64,000 nt of DNA from an uncultured Acinetobacter sp. (GCA_964293455.1 CAXYZD010000001.1:341-64340); one strand, 5' to 3'. Shown: positions 1-10,183, numbered from the stretch's first letter. Numbers and translations: made by a program. Notes: generated from the sequence alone by a model not told the origin.

Positions 1-1720
1 TTTTTGCCCGTGTAATTGCGGTATAAAGTAGCTCCTGACTCAGCAATTTTTGTGACGCTTGATCCAAAACCACAGCGGTATGAGTAAATTCTGATCCTTG
101 AGATTTGTGAATCGTTAAAACAAAAGCTGTTTCAATCTCTTTCGGTAAGCGTGTCGCAGCAATCCATTTGTCTAAACTTGGAAAATATACTTCAAACTGA
201 TCACTTTGCTCGCGATGTTTCAAGCAAATACCAATATCGCCATTGGATAATCCAAGTTGATAATCATTATAAGTCATCATTACAGGTCGCCCAGCATACC
301 AATCGCCCTGTCGAAATAGCGTTGGTAAATATGTAAATAATGCTTTTTCCATTTCCTGATTTAAACTTCTAAGCCCCAATGCACCATGACGAACTGCAGT
401 TAAAATACGATACTCATCAAATGCTTTAGTGACAATATTGACTAAATCATTTGTATCGTCCACAGCCTTTAAGTAAGTCCCGATGCTTTGAAAATAGCCC
501 TGAAAACCCAAACTTAATTTTTGATAATAATCTGTGACATCTAAATCTTTTACATCATCAGGTAAATATTCGAGTTGAATAAGGTCTTTTTCAATTGTAT
601 TTAAATTAATATTTTGAAGCTCGTTTGCTGGCACAATATTCTGTTCAAACTGCATCAATAATGGGTCTGTATTTAGATGCTCAGTTTTAGACATTTTTTG
701 TGCCTGAATAAATTTTGCCATTTTCCCAATTAAAGCATCATCACTAAAACGGCGACTTTTGACCAAATTGATACAATTGACTTGTAAGGCTTCGACCTGT
801 TGTAAGTCGGCAAGTACGGAACCTACATCAACCGAAGCCAACTGATTAGCATCGCCCAGTAAAATTAAACGACAGTGATTCGGCACAGCTTCAAATAACA
901 ATGTCGCTAAATTTAGATCAAGCATCGAGGCTTCATCAATCACAATCACATCATAAGGCAAAGGTTGGCGTACATTGAAACGAGGTATTTTTTGATTGCC
1001 TAAACCCAATAAGCGATGCAACGTCATCGGATTAAAAAGTTTAGGATTTAAGTTAAAAGGCTTTAATTTTTCATCCGTCAATGAGTTCTGCAATGCCTCT
1101 CCCATACGCTGTGCGGCTTTTCCTGTTGGCGCTGCCATGGCAATGCGAATATTGGGATTGGCTTGATTTAAAACAGCAATAATCCGAGCAAGCGTATAGG
1201 TTTTTCCTGTGCCCGGCCCGCCAGTAATGATGCTAAAAGCACGTTCTGCAACCATCGCCAATGCTTTTTTCTGTTGTTCTTCTTCCAATAAGTCACTATT
1301 TTTAGAAATATCAACGGACTCAATTTTTTGCTGTTTTAAACGTGTTACTTGTATCGCTAAGCGTTGTTCAAGTTGCCAATAACGGTACAAATAAAGAAAC
1401 TGATCATCTTCAACAAAAGGCGCAACTTGGGCATGATCATCAAGACGATTAATCTGTGTATCTTTAATCATCAATGATTGAAAGGATGATGTATCTCGTC
1501 CTTTTGCCGAAATACAACTGTCCCCTTGAGTGATTGCCAATAGAATCTCTTGGGCTATAACCATTGCCTCAGCATTTGGCTCTGATGCTGTGGAATACTG
1601 CGTTAAAATGTATTTACTCCATGTCTCAATCCATTGTGGGACTTGGTTCTCTAAAAGTTGTTTATTTTCCACGCAGTTATCCTCAGAGTTATCCATAAGG
1701 TTTTCAACACAGTTATCCAC
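1..1720 (-). CDS. recD: Exodeoxyribonuclease V alpha subunit RecD (3' end runs off the window)
   Basis: Not in the ORF track because it has no stop inside the window. My translation from GTG 1720 (alternative starts ATG 1696, GTG 1672) is open to position 1 and contains ITGGPGTGKT, AAPTGKAAQR, VIDEASM, LGDANQLASV, TIHKSQGSEF and LYTAITRAK. It follows recC-recB. Confidence 0.95.
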   Translation of the reverse strand, partial: MDNCVENLMDNSEDNCVENKQLLENQVPQWIETWSKYILTQYSTASEPNAEAMVIAQEILLAITQGDSCISAKGRDTSSFQSLMIKDTQINRLDDHAQVAPFVEDDQFLYLYRYWQLEQRLAIQVTRLKQQKIESVDISKNSDLLEEEQQKKALAMVAERAFSIITGGPGTGKTYTLARIIAVLNQANPNIRIAMAAPTGKAAQRMGEALQNSLTDEKLKPFNLNPKLFNPMTLHRLLGLGNQKIPRFNVRQPLPYDVIVIDEASMLDLNLATLLFEAVPNHCRLILLGDANQLASVDVGSVLADLQQVEALQVNCINLVKSRRFSDDALIGKMAKFIQAQKMSKTEHLNTDPLLMQFEQNIVPANELQNINLNTIEKDLIQLEYLPDDVKDLDVTDYYQKLSLGFQGYFQSIGTYLKAVDDTNDLVNIVTKAFDEYRILTAVRHGALGLRSLNQEMEKALFTYLPTLFRQGDWYAGRPVMMTYNDYQLGLSNGDIGICLKHREQSDQFEVYFPSLDKWIAATRLPKEIETAFVLTIHKSQGSEFTHTAVVLDQASQKLLSQELLYTAITRAK

Positions 1721-1721
1721 A
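1665..1721 (+). repeat. Five co-oriented DnaA-box-like 9-mers at 12-bp period
   Basis: TTTTCCACG (1665), TTATCCTCA (1677), TTATCCATA (1689), TTTTCAACA (1701), TTATCCACA (1713, perfect); consensus TTWTNCACA. Confidence 0.7.
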
Positions 1722-1771
1722 TCAAAACATATATGCTAACTTTTTGTTTTTTCAGCTTTTTAAAGCATAAT

Positions 1772-4700
1772 TTAAGCAATTTCAGCCCATTTATTCTCAG
1801 TAAAATAACCAAGAATTGCATCAAGGCGTAGAATAAATTCTGTACTCGGTTGCCAATAATGATAACCTTGTTCAGACTGACCATTCACCCCCCGCAAATA
1901 CAAATATATTGCACCACCAAGGTCTCGTTCTATTTGATAATCCTCAAGTTGGATTTTCAAATAACGATGTAAAGCCACCAAGTAAAGTGATGCCTGTAAC
2001 CAATAACTGGCTTGTGACATACTACTTTTCACAGCATTATCTTGATAATGTTGTTGGCTTGCACCCAAGAAATTACTTTTATAATCGGCAATGTGATATT
2101 GCTTGCCATCAAAAAATACCAAGTCAATTGAACCCGTCAAATAACGTGCCGAATTGGCATGATTAAACTCAGGCATTGCAATATTTTCTTCTGCAAAGAG
2201 TTGATGAATCCGTTGAACAGTTAAAATATGATCTGAAAGTGCCAAATAAAATGGGAATTCAGATAAGTGTTCATGTGCTTGCAATTGTCCCAATTCAAAA
2301 TCAGGAAAAATAGGTGTAGAGAGTACATCCTGCAACCATGCACCAATCCACTCAATGAGCGTATCTTCAAACTGTTCATCATTCGGAAATGCCGTTTGAT
2401 ATTTTTCAATTAGCTCAGTTCGCAAAGAAGCATAGTTATTTTTAAAACGACGATGTATTTCTAGATGCCACAAGGCTTGATCATTAAAATTAATATGTTC
2501 AAAAATTTCATGTAAGAAATTTCCTGCCACCGTACCTTTAGGGAAATTGGCTTTAATCCATGAAATAGGTTCAGCACTCATATCCTCTGAAGGTAATATT
2601 GAAATTTGTGTTTCTCTTTCATCATCGGCACTTTCTTTTTTTTGTTCAGCAACTGCTAAAAAATCTTGTACTTGTGAATAGTTTAAATGCCGTGATAATG
2701 CACTAAAACTCGTTGTACCTCGTGCATAAAAACGTTGTTTTGGAAATTCTTCTGCCTGTAATGGGACAATCACATCCACTTTTTCTTTTTTCACATGAGC
2801 AGGACGATCCATCATTAATGACTCAACAGTACTGCCCTCATGTACAAATACCGCTACAGGATGTCCACGCCAAAATGCCAAACCTGTCGTTGATTTAGCT
2901 TTCATTGAACCATTTTTATTAAACTCATCAAAATCATTTCGCATGACTGCATAAACACGATGACTTGCTCGAGTCAGCGCCACATACCAAACACGATGAT
3001 GTTCAGCGAGTTTTCTTTGATCGTGTTGCTCTGTTTCTTCAGCCGTTAATGAATTTGTATCGTTGATTGAAACCAAGCGTTGTTGATCAACCTGCCCTTT
3101 TGTTTGGTCTACATGCTCAATCGTAGAAAAGTTCAGGGTTTTATTCAAATCACTTAAACCTTTATCCGCCCCCAATAAAAAGACAATTTTAAACTCTAAA
3201 CCTTTTGAAGCATGAATGGTCATAAGCTTAACACCAGCTTCATTGGAGAGTTTTCGCTCCAATTCCCATTCACGCTCCATTGGAGAAGTGAGTTGTTTTA
3301 AATACCAATAATACAGATTTTGTGCACCTTGATATTCCTCACTATGCTGACTGAGTAATTCTGTAATATGGCGTAAATTGACCACCACACGCTCATTATC
3401 ACGGCTTTGCGTTGCGACCAAGTTTGTCCATACTGCATATTGGTTGAGCAAATATTGCCAAGCCGTAAGAAAGCCTTGATTGAGCCACATTTCACGGATT
3501 TTATCGAACTGTTCAATATATTGACTCAAGCCATCGGCATGTTGTTCGAGTGCAATCAACGCCTGCAAATTAAAACCAAACAGTCGACTGAGTAAAGCTC
3601 GCTTAATTTTACCTTCTTGATAGGGGTGTAAAATTGCCCCTAAAATTGCGCCTACATCCTGTGCAATTTGACTTTCAAATACACTCTTTCGAGATTCTCG
3701 ATTACACAATATGCCTAAAAATTCTAAAGCTTTTTGCATCTCAGTTAAATCGGCATTACTTGAAGACAATATGGCAATATCGCTTTCATTAAGGTTTTTA
3801 ACTTGATCATTATCTTCAAAATACAAAGACCCTTTGATCCCTTGATTCAATAATGCTCTAATTTTCCAAGCAACTTGTTCAACTTCTTGCTTTTGTCCAT
3901 CGACCTGTAACCATCTTAATGGTGTTGGATTGATAAGATCACCATCCATCAAATTTGAATGTGGGCGGCTGCCTGCCTGTACAGGGGTGTAAATCACCTG
4001 TTCGCCAAAATCGGGTTGTCGCTGAAATAGAGCATCAGTAACATCGACCAAAGGCTTCACTGTCCGTTGATTATAAACCAAATTATATTCATGCCCATCT
4101 TTGCCAAAAACGTCCTGATGTGCCTTTAAAAAGGTCAGCATATCGCCACCACGGAAACCGTAAATTGCCTGTTTACGATCTCCGACCATGATCATACAGC
4201 CTTTTTTAACTCGGTTCGGATGTCGCCAAATTTGTGCCAATACATCATCTTGATCTTGGTTAGTATCTTGAAATTCATCAACTAAAACTAGTGGATATTT
4301 AGCATGTACAAAACTTGCAAAGTGTTGTCCTTGCTCATTATTCAAGGATTCAGCAAGTGTACGAATTTGCTGTGCAAAGGTGGTTTCACCTTTTTGTTGT
4401 AAGAGCTGTGGTAAGCGTTTTTTAACTTCTTGCACCAAATAATATTTTAGCTGTGTATCTATATTTTTCAGTTGATTTTCAAATTCTTCTTGAACTTCTA
4501 TGACTTTTTGGAGAATTTTGATAATTTTATGATTAAAAAAAACGTCCTGATCTTCGGCAGTACATTTTTTAGTTGGATTATTAAAAATTTTCTTGCGAGG
4601 TGCACCTTTTGAATCCAGAAAAATAGTTGAAATGGGTTTAAACTTTTGCTTTAAACCACCATTCAAAAAATAATCGATTGGATTTTCTTGCAGACTTGCA

Positions 4701-5584
4701 ATGATCGAAGGTAAAACAACGGTAAAAACCTGTCGTAAGTTTTTATCTTTTTTATCTAAGGCATGACTGCTGAAATTGGTTGTAAAAATACCATCATAAT
4801 AATTTTCTAATACAATCCATTCAGCTTCTTGAATACAAGCCAATTGATTTAAAGTGTCATGAACAAAAGATAAATTTAACTGAACCAGTGGGACTTCCTT
4901 CATTTTTGCAGAAGTAAAATTTAATGAATCCTCAACCAACGACAGATAGTTTTCCGTACTTTTCAGTAAACCTTTTTGATATAAAGCATCAATCATTATT
5001 TGTGGCTGTGCCTGAATCCACTCACGCAATACATCATGAATCAGTTGGTAAGTATAACTTTTCGCATCATCAGTAATTTCAGCACGTTCAATTTTGCCAC
5101 TTTCAAAGGAAAATTCACGCAATAACTTTTGGCTAAAACTGTCTAAAGTTCCCACAAATAAATCATCAAGTTGATCAATCACCAACTTTAAGCGCTGACA
5201 TGTATAGTCAATCTGAGTCGCAAAGGTTTTTAATAAAATAGAAAATAATGGATCAGATTCTTGTGCTGCTTTGGCTAAAACTTCATGTTCCATCAACCCT
5301 TGATGAAGCTCAAAATAACGTAAAGTTTCCGATAAACGTGCACGAATACGACTTTTTAATTCAGCCGATGCTTTACGGGTAAATGTGGTTGCAATCACAT
5401 CCTTAGGCAAATATTTTTCTAATAATATGCGTACCATAAGGCTCGATAAAGTATAGGTTTTCCCTGTCCCTGCCGAGGCTTCTATCCAATGTAAACCTGT
5501 AAACGTCATGTCTTCAATGGGTTGAATGGATATTTTTTTCTTGTTCATCATGGCTGACTTTACGGAAGATGATTGTTCATTCAT
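1772..5584 (-). CDS. recB: Exodeoxyribonuclease V beta subunit RecB
   Basis: IEASAGTGKT Walker A, VDEFQDT, GDRKQAIYGFRG, TIHASKGLEF, YVALTRA, and the C-terminal nuclease motif GSIDLVF...IADYKSN. Confidence 0.97.
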   Translation of the reverse strand: MNEQSSSVKSAMMNKKKISIQPIEDMTFTGLHWIEASAGTGKTYTLSSLMVRILLEKYLPKDVIATTFTRKASAELKSRIRARLSETLRYFELHQGLMEHEVLAKAAQESDPLFSILLKTFATQIDYTCQRLKLVIDQLDDLFVGTLDSFSQKLLREFSFESGKIERAEITDDAKSYTYQLIHDVLREWIQAQPQIMIDALYQKGLLKSTENYLSLVEDSLNFTSAKMKEVPLVQLNLSFVHDTLNQLACIQEAEWIVLENYYDGIFTTNFSSHALDKKDKNLRQVFTVVLPSIIASLQENPIDYFLNGGLKQKFKPISTIFLDSKGAPRKKIFNNPTKKCTAEDQDVFFNHKIIKILQKVIEVQEEFENQLKNIDTQLKYYLVQEVKKRLPQLLQQKGETTFAQQIRTLAESLNNEQGQHFASFVHAKYPLVLVDEFQDTNQDQDDVLAQIWRHPNRVKKGCMIMVGDRKQAIYGFRGGDMLTFLKAHQDVFGKDGHEYNLVYNQRTVKPLVDVTDALFQRQPDFGEQVIYTPVQAGSRPHSNLMDGDLINPTPLRWLQVDGQKQEVEQVAWKIRALLNQGIKGSLYFEDNDQVKNLNESDIAILSSSNADLTEMQKALEFLGILCNRESRKSVFESQIAQDVGAILGAILHPYQEGKIKRALLSRLFGFNLQALIALEQHADGLSQYIEQFDKIREMWLNQGFLTAWQYLLNQYAVWTNLVATQSRDNERVVVNLRHITELLSQHSEEYQGAQNLYYWYLKQLTSPMEREWELERKLSNEAGVKLMTIHASKGLEFKIVFLLGADKGLSDLNKTLNFSTIEHVDQTKGQVDQQRLVSINDTNSLTAEETEQHDQRKLAEHHRVWYVALTRASHRVYAVMRNDFDEFNKNGSMKAKSTTGLAFWRGHPVAVFVHEGSTVESLMMDRPAHVKKEKVDVIVPLQAEEFPKQRFYARGTTSFSALSRHLNYSQVQDFLAVAEQKKESADDERETQISILPSEDMSAEPISWIKANFPKGTVAGNFLHEIFEHINFNDQALWHLEIHRRFKNNYASLRTELIEKYQTAFPNDEQFEDTLIEWIGAWLQDVLSTPIFPDFELGQLQAHEHLSEFPFYLALSDHILTVQRIHQLFAEENIAMPEFNHANSARYLTGSIDLVFFDGKQYHIADYKSNFLGASQQHYQDNAVKSSMSQASYWLQASLYLVALHRYLKIQLEDYQIERDLGGAIYLYLRGVNGQSEQGYHYWQPSTEFILRLDAILGYFTENKWAEIA

Positions 5585-8500
5585 AGTTGTTCCTCCGCCA
5601 CTTTTTGATGGGTATAAATGGGGTTATATAAATCGTATGCAAAAGTATCACAAGCATGTTTTAACAAGGCTGTTGTATCTTGTTCTTGTAAAATAAATTG
5701 CCAATCACGGTGTTTTTTACTCGACTCCGTACCATCCAAACTATAGGGCAGGAATGCATCACTTTTATTCCATTCTTTCAATACGGCATCAATCGCATGC
5801 AACTCCGATTGCCCTGCTTCGCTCTGTCCCCACTCAACTTCCTGATTGGAATTCATCACCAATAAATCGTTACTCTTTTGTTTCTTCGCCATCAATAATT
5901 CCGCAGGCAAGACCAAAGGCTCAGACTGACCATAAGCATAAGCTTTAAACCACTTCAATAAATACGCTTTTGCTTCCGCTGAAGTTAAACCTTCATTAAT
6001 AATGGTGACATCACTAAACACCGCAATTCTTTTTAATACTCGTGATTGATCATCACCCCAAGCCAAATAAGTCAACCACAATAAATATTCCAACCACACT
6101 TTGGCACGGCGTTTTCCACGAGCACTTGATGCATCTAAACTGACCCAATCCTGCCCTACTTGTTTAGGAACGGTAATGTTCATCACTAAATCAGACTGAA
6201 TACGCCACTGTCGTTGTGTGGTTTGCGTCACTTCAGTTGCATATATTTTCAAACGTTCTTTTAAAGATGCCTGCTCTGCCAAGCTCATTTGCCATGCACT
6301 GTATTGCACTTTTCCAATCGGTAATTGGTCTTGTAACAGTGCTTGATCTGCTTTGTTATGCTGATCTTGAGTATCTTGTTTTTGTAAGAAATCACGAATT
6401 TGATATTTAGCTAGACCATCTAAAACCAACGGTTCATTCAATGCAGGTAAATCTTGAGCGCGCAAATTTTCTACGCCCAATGTTTTCAAATACAAACGTG
6501 CTGGGAAGGTCATATCTTGAATCCATTGTCCTGCATCCAAAACAGTCATACTTTCCTGCTCTATTACATTTGGATAAGGTACATTTGCCCATCCTTGCCG
6601 TTCAGATAATCGCTCAACCTGACGAATTTTCTGCGCCACGCTAAACCACTGATCACGGTATCGCAGCTGCTTAACTGATTCAAATCCTTTAATATCAAAT
6701 GGTTGTAAAGTGTGAATTTGATATAACGATTGCACTTGTTCAGCTATTTCCACGCCTTGTGGTTTGATGATTTTATAAGGCTGGATAGTTTCTTGAGCTG
6801 GTTCTACTTGAGCATGTGTTTCTTGAATAATTTTTTGAGCATCGCTTTCTACAGCATTTACATCTGTGCGTGCCGATTTTGTAATAAATGCAATATGACT
6901 GATCAACTCTTGTAAAACACTCGATGGATCACGAACTTCGCCATCACTGACATCAAAGCCATTGTAAAATAACCATAAATTTTCTTGTGCCAACAATAAA
7001 GCATCTAAAAATGCACCTTGATCATCATCTAAACGTGAGCGATCACCCAACTGTGGTTTTAAAATTTCCATTAAATCAAAAGGTAAATGCACACTTCGAT
7101 TTGGGAACTTTCCACCATCCAAATTCAACATCACAATGAGCTTGTACGGCAACGGGCGAATCTGCCCAATTTGGCTAAAGGTAATCTGACCTGTCGGTAA
7201 AGCCTGGTCCATTTGCCCATCAAGCAAATTTGCAATTTCATTGAGCAAATAAGGCAAAGGCAGATAAAGCTGTTTAAGCTCTTTCGCCTCGGTTTCATCT
7301 TGTGTATTTCGATACGCCAATGTCAGCATACGCTCTTGTTTTTTGACTATTTCACGGACTGATTTTAAAATTTCCACGCCCGCTTGTTCAAACTCAGCAA
7401 TGTCCTTCATCAGTAAATTTAACCATGCTTCAACATGACTTTTAATCGTTGTTTCTTTCCCCAATTCATGGGCAATCATCCAATCACGACGATGATCAAA
7501 ATCATGATAAATCTGAATCAATTTCGCAATCAGTTCAAAATCACTCGGCATCACTTGCGCATAACTGAGCGTTTCATCAAAAAGAGTATGTTCAGGAATA
7601 GCAATTCCCAATGCCAAACGATCAAGTGCATATTTAAAGGTAAAACGGAAATCTTGATCATCTTGACTTAAACTGCGTTGTAAATGCCCTGCATCCAAAC
7701 CTCGTTTAAAGCCTGCGCTGATGAGTAAATCAACCATGCGATCGGTATTATTCACATCCAATTCATAACGAATTTGTGTCGCATTTAAACTCAGCCAATC
7801 GGCAAAATCCTCAACACTAAAACGTCCATCTACTAAAGTCATACGACCTAACACAGCTCGCCATGCGTTACTTGCATCAAGTTGCGTCACCCCTGCAATT
7901 TTCACAGGTAAATACACGTTGTCCTGATTGGGAATATGCGGAAATACACTGCGAATGAGCGGTTCAATCTGTTTTAAATCAGGCGTTAAAATTAAAATAT
8001 CACTGGGTCTACGAGGCTGTTCTGTTGTGCCTTGGGCAAGCCAATGAATCATTTGATCTTTTAAGACTTCAAGCTGACGTAATCCTGAATGACAGATATT
8101 GATTTGAATTGAATGATCTGTCGGTGCAATGCTATACGCATGCTCTTCAGGCTCAACCAGATACAAAATATCGGACTGAAGTTTTGTCAATAAATTGGTT
8201 GGTTCTTCATCGACAAAGGCATCAATCCATTGCCCTTCTTCCCCTGAGGAAAGATTGGATAAAATTGAAAAATGGTCTCGCGCTTGTTTACCAAAACGGG
8301 TCAACAATGGATGACGAGATTCTCGTGTTTCAGCATTAAAATTAAGGGTAAATTGATCAAAAAATTGGTTAATTTCAGCATCTGTTGCCTTTGGATTTTT
8401 TGCAATAAAACGCTCTTTCACTCGTAAATCGTATTGTTTTTTCCAATTTGGATCGACACTGTCCGCCCAATATTCTTGCGATGGATTGTAGTGCAAAATC

Positions 8501-9384
8501 ACCACATCAATATATTGTCCAAGTCGTCTTAAAAATTGTAATTGGCTTGGTGGCAAATCCAATAAAGTAAACACTGTAAGTCGACTCGGCAATTTTTTTA
8601 ATGCCTGTGGACGTTGTAGCTCATCATCTAAAATAGCCCAAAAGTCAGCATCAATACTTTGCATATCAATAAAATCATCATGGAAAGTATGTTGCCACAA
8701 CCAGCGCTGCCAACTTTCTAACTCTTCCGCCTGACTCAAGGTAAATGCTGATATTTCATCTTTACCATTAAAAAATTGATTTTCTAGATTTAAGGCTTGA
8801 TTACGTCCCCATTGTCCGAGCCAATTGCCTGTGCAGGTACATTCACGCCCGTCATTGACACAATTTTTCTGACAATCACCTCTATAAAGCATGTAATTGC
8901 CGAACAGTTTCGATACTTGCTCCGACACCCAATACAACATGCTTTGTTTTTTCAGTTGTTTTTTAAAGCCATGTTCAAGCTGTGCAGCCGAATCATAAAT
9001 TCGTTTTACAATACCAAATAATGGATGATCTGCAGACAGTTGATTTTCATCTGCATCAATATGATTTTTCAGCGTTTGATAAATACGCCATTTCATAATC
9101 AAACGTGGAATATTGGCTTTACGGACTTTGTCTTTATTTTCTAATATCTGTTGATAGGCAAACCATTGAAAACCACGAATACGTTGATGAAACTGATTAT
9201 TGGCGCTAATACCTTGATGTTCTGCAATTTTTTGCGTCAGCCATTCCTGTACAGCAGGGCTTGGTACAATAAAATGTTGTGTCTTTAAAACTGCAAATGG
9301 ATTTTTTGAGGGCTGAGCCGTATTGTGTAAAAGTCCTTGTACAAGCACATCAATACGTTGGCTTTGAATTACATGAATCGCCAT
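5581..9384 (-). CDS. recC: Exodeoxyribonuclease V gamma subunit RecC
   Basis: RecC N-terminus (IQSQRIDVLV...FIVPSPAVQEWL), YNPSQEYWAD, HPLLTRFGKQARD, CHSGLRQLEVL, GDRSRLDDD; stop overlaps the recB start. Confidence 0.95.
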   Translation of the reverse strand: MAIHVIQSQRIDVLVQGLLHNTAQPSKNPFAVLKTQHFIVPSPAVQEWLTQKIAEHQGISANNQFHQRIRGFQWFAYQQILENKDKVRKANIPRLIMKWRIYQTLKNHIDADENQLSADHPLFGIVKRIYDSAAQLEHGFKKQLKKQSMLYWVSEQVSKLFGNYMLYRGDCQKNCVNDGRECTCTGNWLGQWGRNQALNLENQFFNGKDEISAFTLSQAEELESWQRWLWQHTFHDDFIDMQSIDADFWAILDDELQRPQALKKLPSRLTVFTLLDLPPSQLQFLRRLGQYIDVVILHYNPSQEYWADSVDPNWKKQYDLRVKERFIAKNPKATDAEINQFFDQFTLNFNAETRESRHPLLTRFGKQARDHFSILSNLSSGEEGQWIDAFVDEEPTNLLTKLQSDILYLVEPEEHAYSIAPTDHSIQINICHSGLRQLEVLKDQMIHWLAQGTTEQPRRPSDILILTPDLKQIEPLIRSVFPHIPNQDNVYLPVKIAGVTQLDASNAWRAVLGRMTLVDGRFSVEDFADWLSLNATQIRYELDVNNTDRMVDLLISAGFKRGLDAGHLQRSLSQDDQDFRFTFKYALDRLALGIAIPEHTLFDETLSYAQVMPSDFELIAKLIQIYHDFDHRRDWMIAHELGKETTIKSHVEAWLNLLMKDIAEFEQAGVEILKSVREIVKKQERMLTLAYRNTQDETEAKELKQLYLPLPYLLNEIANLLDGQMDQALPTGQITFSQIGQIRPLPYKLIVMLNLDGGKFPNRSVHLPFDLMEILKPQLGDRSRLDDDQGAFLDALLLAQENLWLFYNGFDVSDGEVRDPSSVLQELISHIAFITKSARTDVNAVESDAQKIIQETHAQVEPAQETIQPYKIIKPQGVEIAEQVQSLYQIHTLQPFDIKGFESVKQLRYRDQWFSVAQKIRQVERLSERQGWANVPYPNVIEQESMTVLDAGQWIQDMTFPARLYLKTLGVENLRAQDLPALNEPLVLDGLAKYQIRDFLQKQDTQDQHNKADQALLQDQLPIGKVQYSAWQMSLAEQASLKERLKIYATEVTQTTQRQWRIQSDLVMNITVPKQVGQDWVSLDASSARGKRRAKVWLEYLLWLTYLAWGDDQSRVLKRIAVFSDVTIINEGLTSAEAKAYLLKWFKAYAYGQSEPLVLPAELLMAKKQKSNDLLVMNSNQEVEWGQSEAGQSELHAIDAVLKEWNKSDAFLPYSLDGTESSKKHRDWQFILQEQDTTALLKHACDTFAYDLYNPIYTHQKVAEEQL

Positions 9385-9466
9385 AGTCCCTCAACTGTCT
9401 ATTTTAATGATTTATTGAAATGCACAAAAGCATAAACATTCGCCTCTATACAACGGCTTCATACTA

Positions 9467-9482
9467 TGGCATTTTTACTGCA
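9467..9482 (+). promoter_or_regulatory. Possible sigma54 -24/-12 promoter for the 9569 gene
   Basis: TGGCATTTTTACTGCA has correct GG-N10-GC spacing, about 85 bp upstream of the ATG; no enhancer site recognised. Confidence 0.35.
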
Positions 9483-9568
9483 TTATTGGTAAATAACTTC
9501 ACAATTTCAAGCTTAAAAATAATTCTTTAGAAATATGATAAGTAGCTTGATATATAGGTCATTATTTT

Positions 9569-10081
9569 ATGAAAATTGATAAAATCCCTGATTCAATTGA
9601 TCCAAAGTTAAACTTAGATCACATTCGTGAAGAATGTTTAGAGCTTGTTAAAAAGCGGTCTTATGTTTCAGCAGGTGTGGCGGTCATTCCTGTACCATTC
9701 TTTGATGTCGTCATTGATATTGGTATGTTGTCTTTACTCATTCCTGATATTAATGCACGGTTTGGACTCGCACCTGAACAAATTAGCGTGTATGACCCAG
9801 AAACAAAAAAAGTGCATTGGAATGAGCTACGTAAACGTGGTTTTGAATTTTCAGGCTTAGTGGTGGCACGTACTGCTGCAAAAGCATCGCTCAATAATTT
9901 GGCAGCGAAAGTTATTACTAAGCAAGTGACTAAATTTATCCCACTTGGTGGTTCAATCATTGCAGCAAGTTTGGGTTATGTCGTGATGAAAAAAGTCGCT
10001 GAAGCACATGTTGAAGAAAGCTATAAATTGGCTAAAAGCATTCAACAGAAGCAAAATGCAAGTGTGGTGAAGTCTTCTTAA
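9569..10081 (+). CDS. Conserved hypothetical protein (DUF697/EcsC-like, membrane-associated)
   Basis: 170-aa ORF with AGVAVIPVPFFDV and KFIPLGGSIIAA motifs reminiscent of DUF697/EcsC-like proteins. Confidence 0.65.
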   Translation: MKIDKIPDSIDPKLNLDHIREECLELVKKRSYVSAGVAVIPVPFFDVVIDIGMLSLLIPDINARFGLAPEQISVYDPETKKVHWNELRKRGFEFSGLVVARTAAKASLNNLAAKVITKQVTKFIPLGGSIIAASLGYVVMKKVAEAHVEESYKLAKSIQQKQNASVVKSS

Positions 10082-10123
10082 TTATTTATTCGCACATCGG
10101 ATGCATAATCCGTTGTTCTTAGA

Positions 10124-10170
10124 CCTCATCCTGACCTTCTCCTTAAGTCATGTATGGCTTAGGAGAAGGA
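10124..10170. repeat. BoxC-like palindromic repeat, possible bidirectional terminator between convergent genes
   Basis: CCTCATCCTGACCTTCTCCTTAAGTCATGTATGGCTTAGGAGAAGGA: a pyrimidine tail followed by a CCTTCTCCT...AGGAGAAGG hairpin. Confidence 0.55.
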
Positions 10171-10183
10171 GGATTTGACAATA

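Noticed and set aside
1-1720. recD missing from the ORF track, suggesting a pseudogene
   Set aside because: Manual translation is open with all helicase motifs; it only lacks a stop codon inside the window.
1665-1760. oriC at the DnaA-box cluster
   Set aside because: It lies inside the recCBD operon, with no dnaA/gidA/rpmH context and no convincing DUE or IHF site.
1530-1884. Short ORFs 1530-1739 (+) and 1651-1884 (-)
   Set aside because: Shadow frames of recD/recB; the FSTQLS repeat is simply the DnaA-box array read in another frame.
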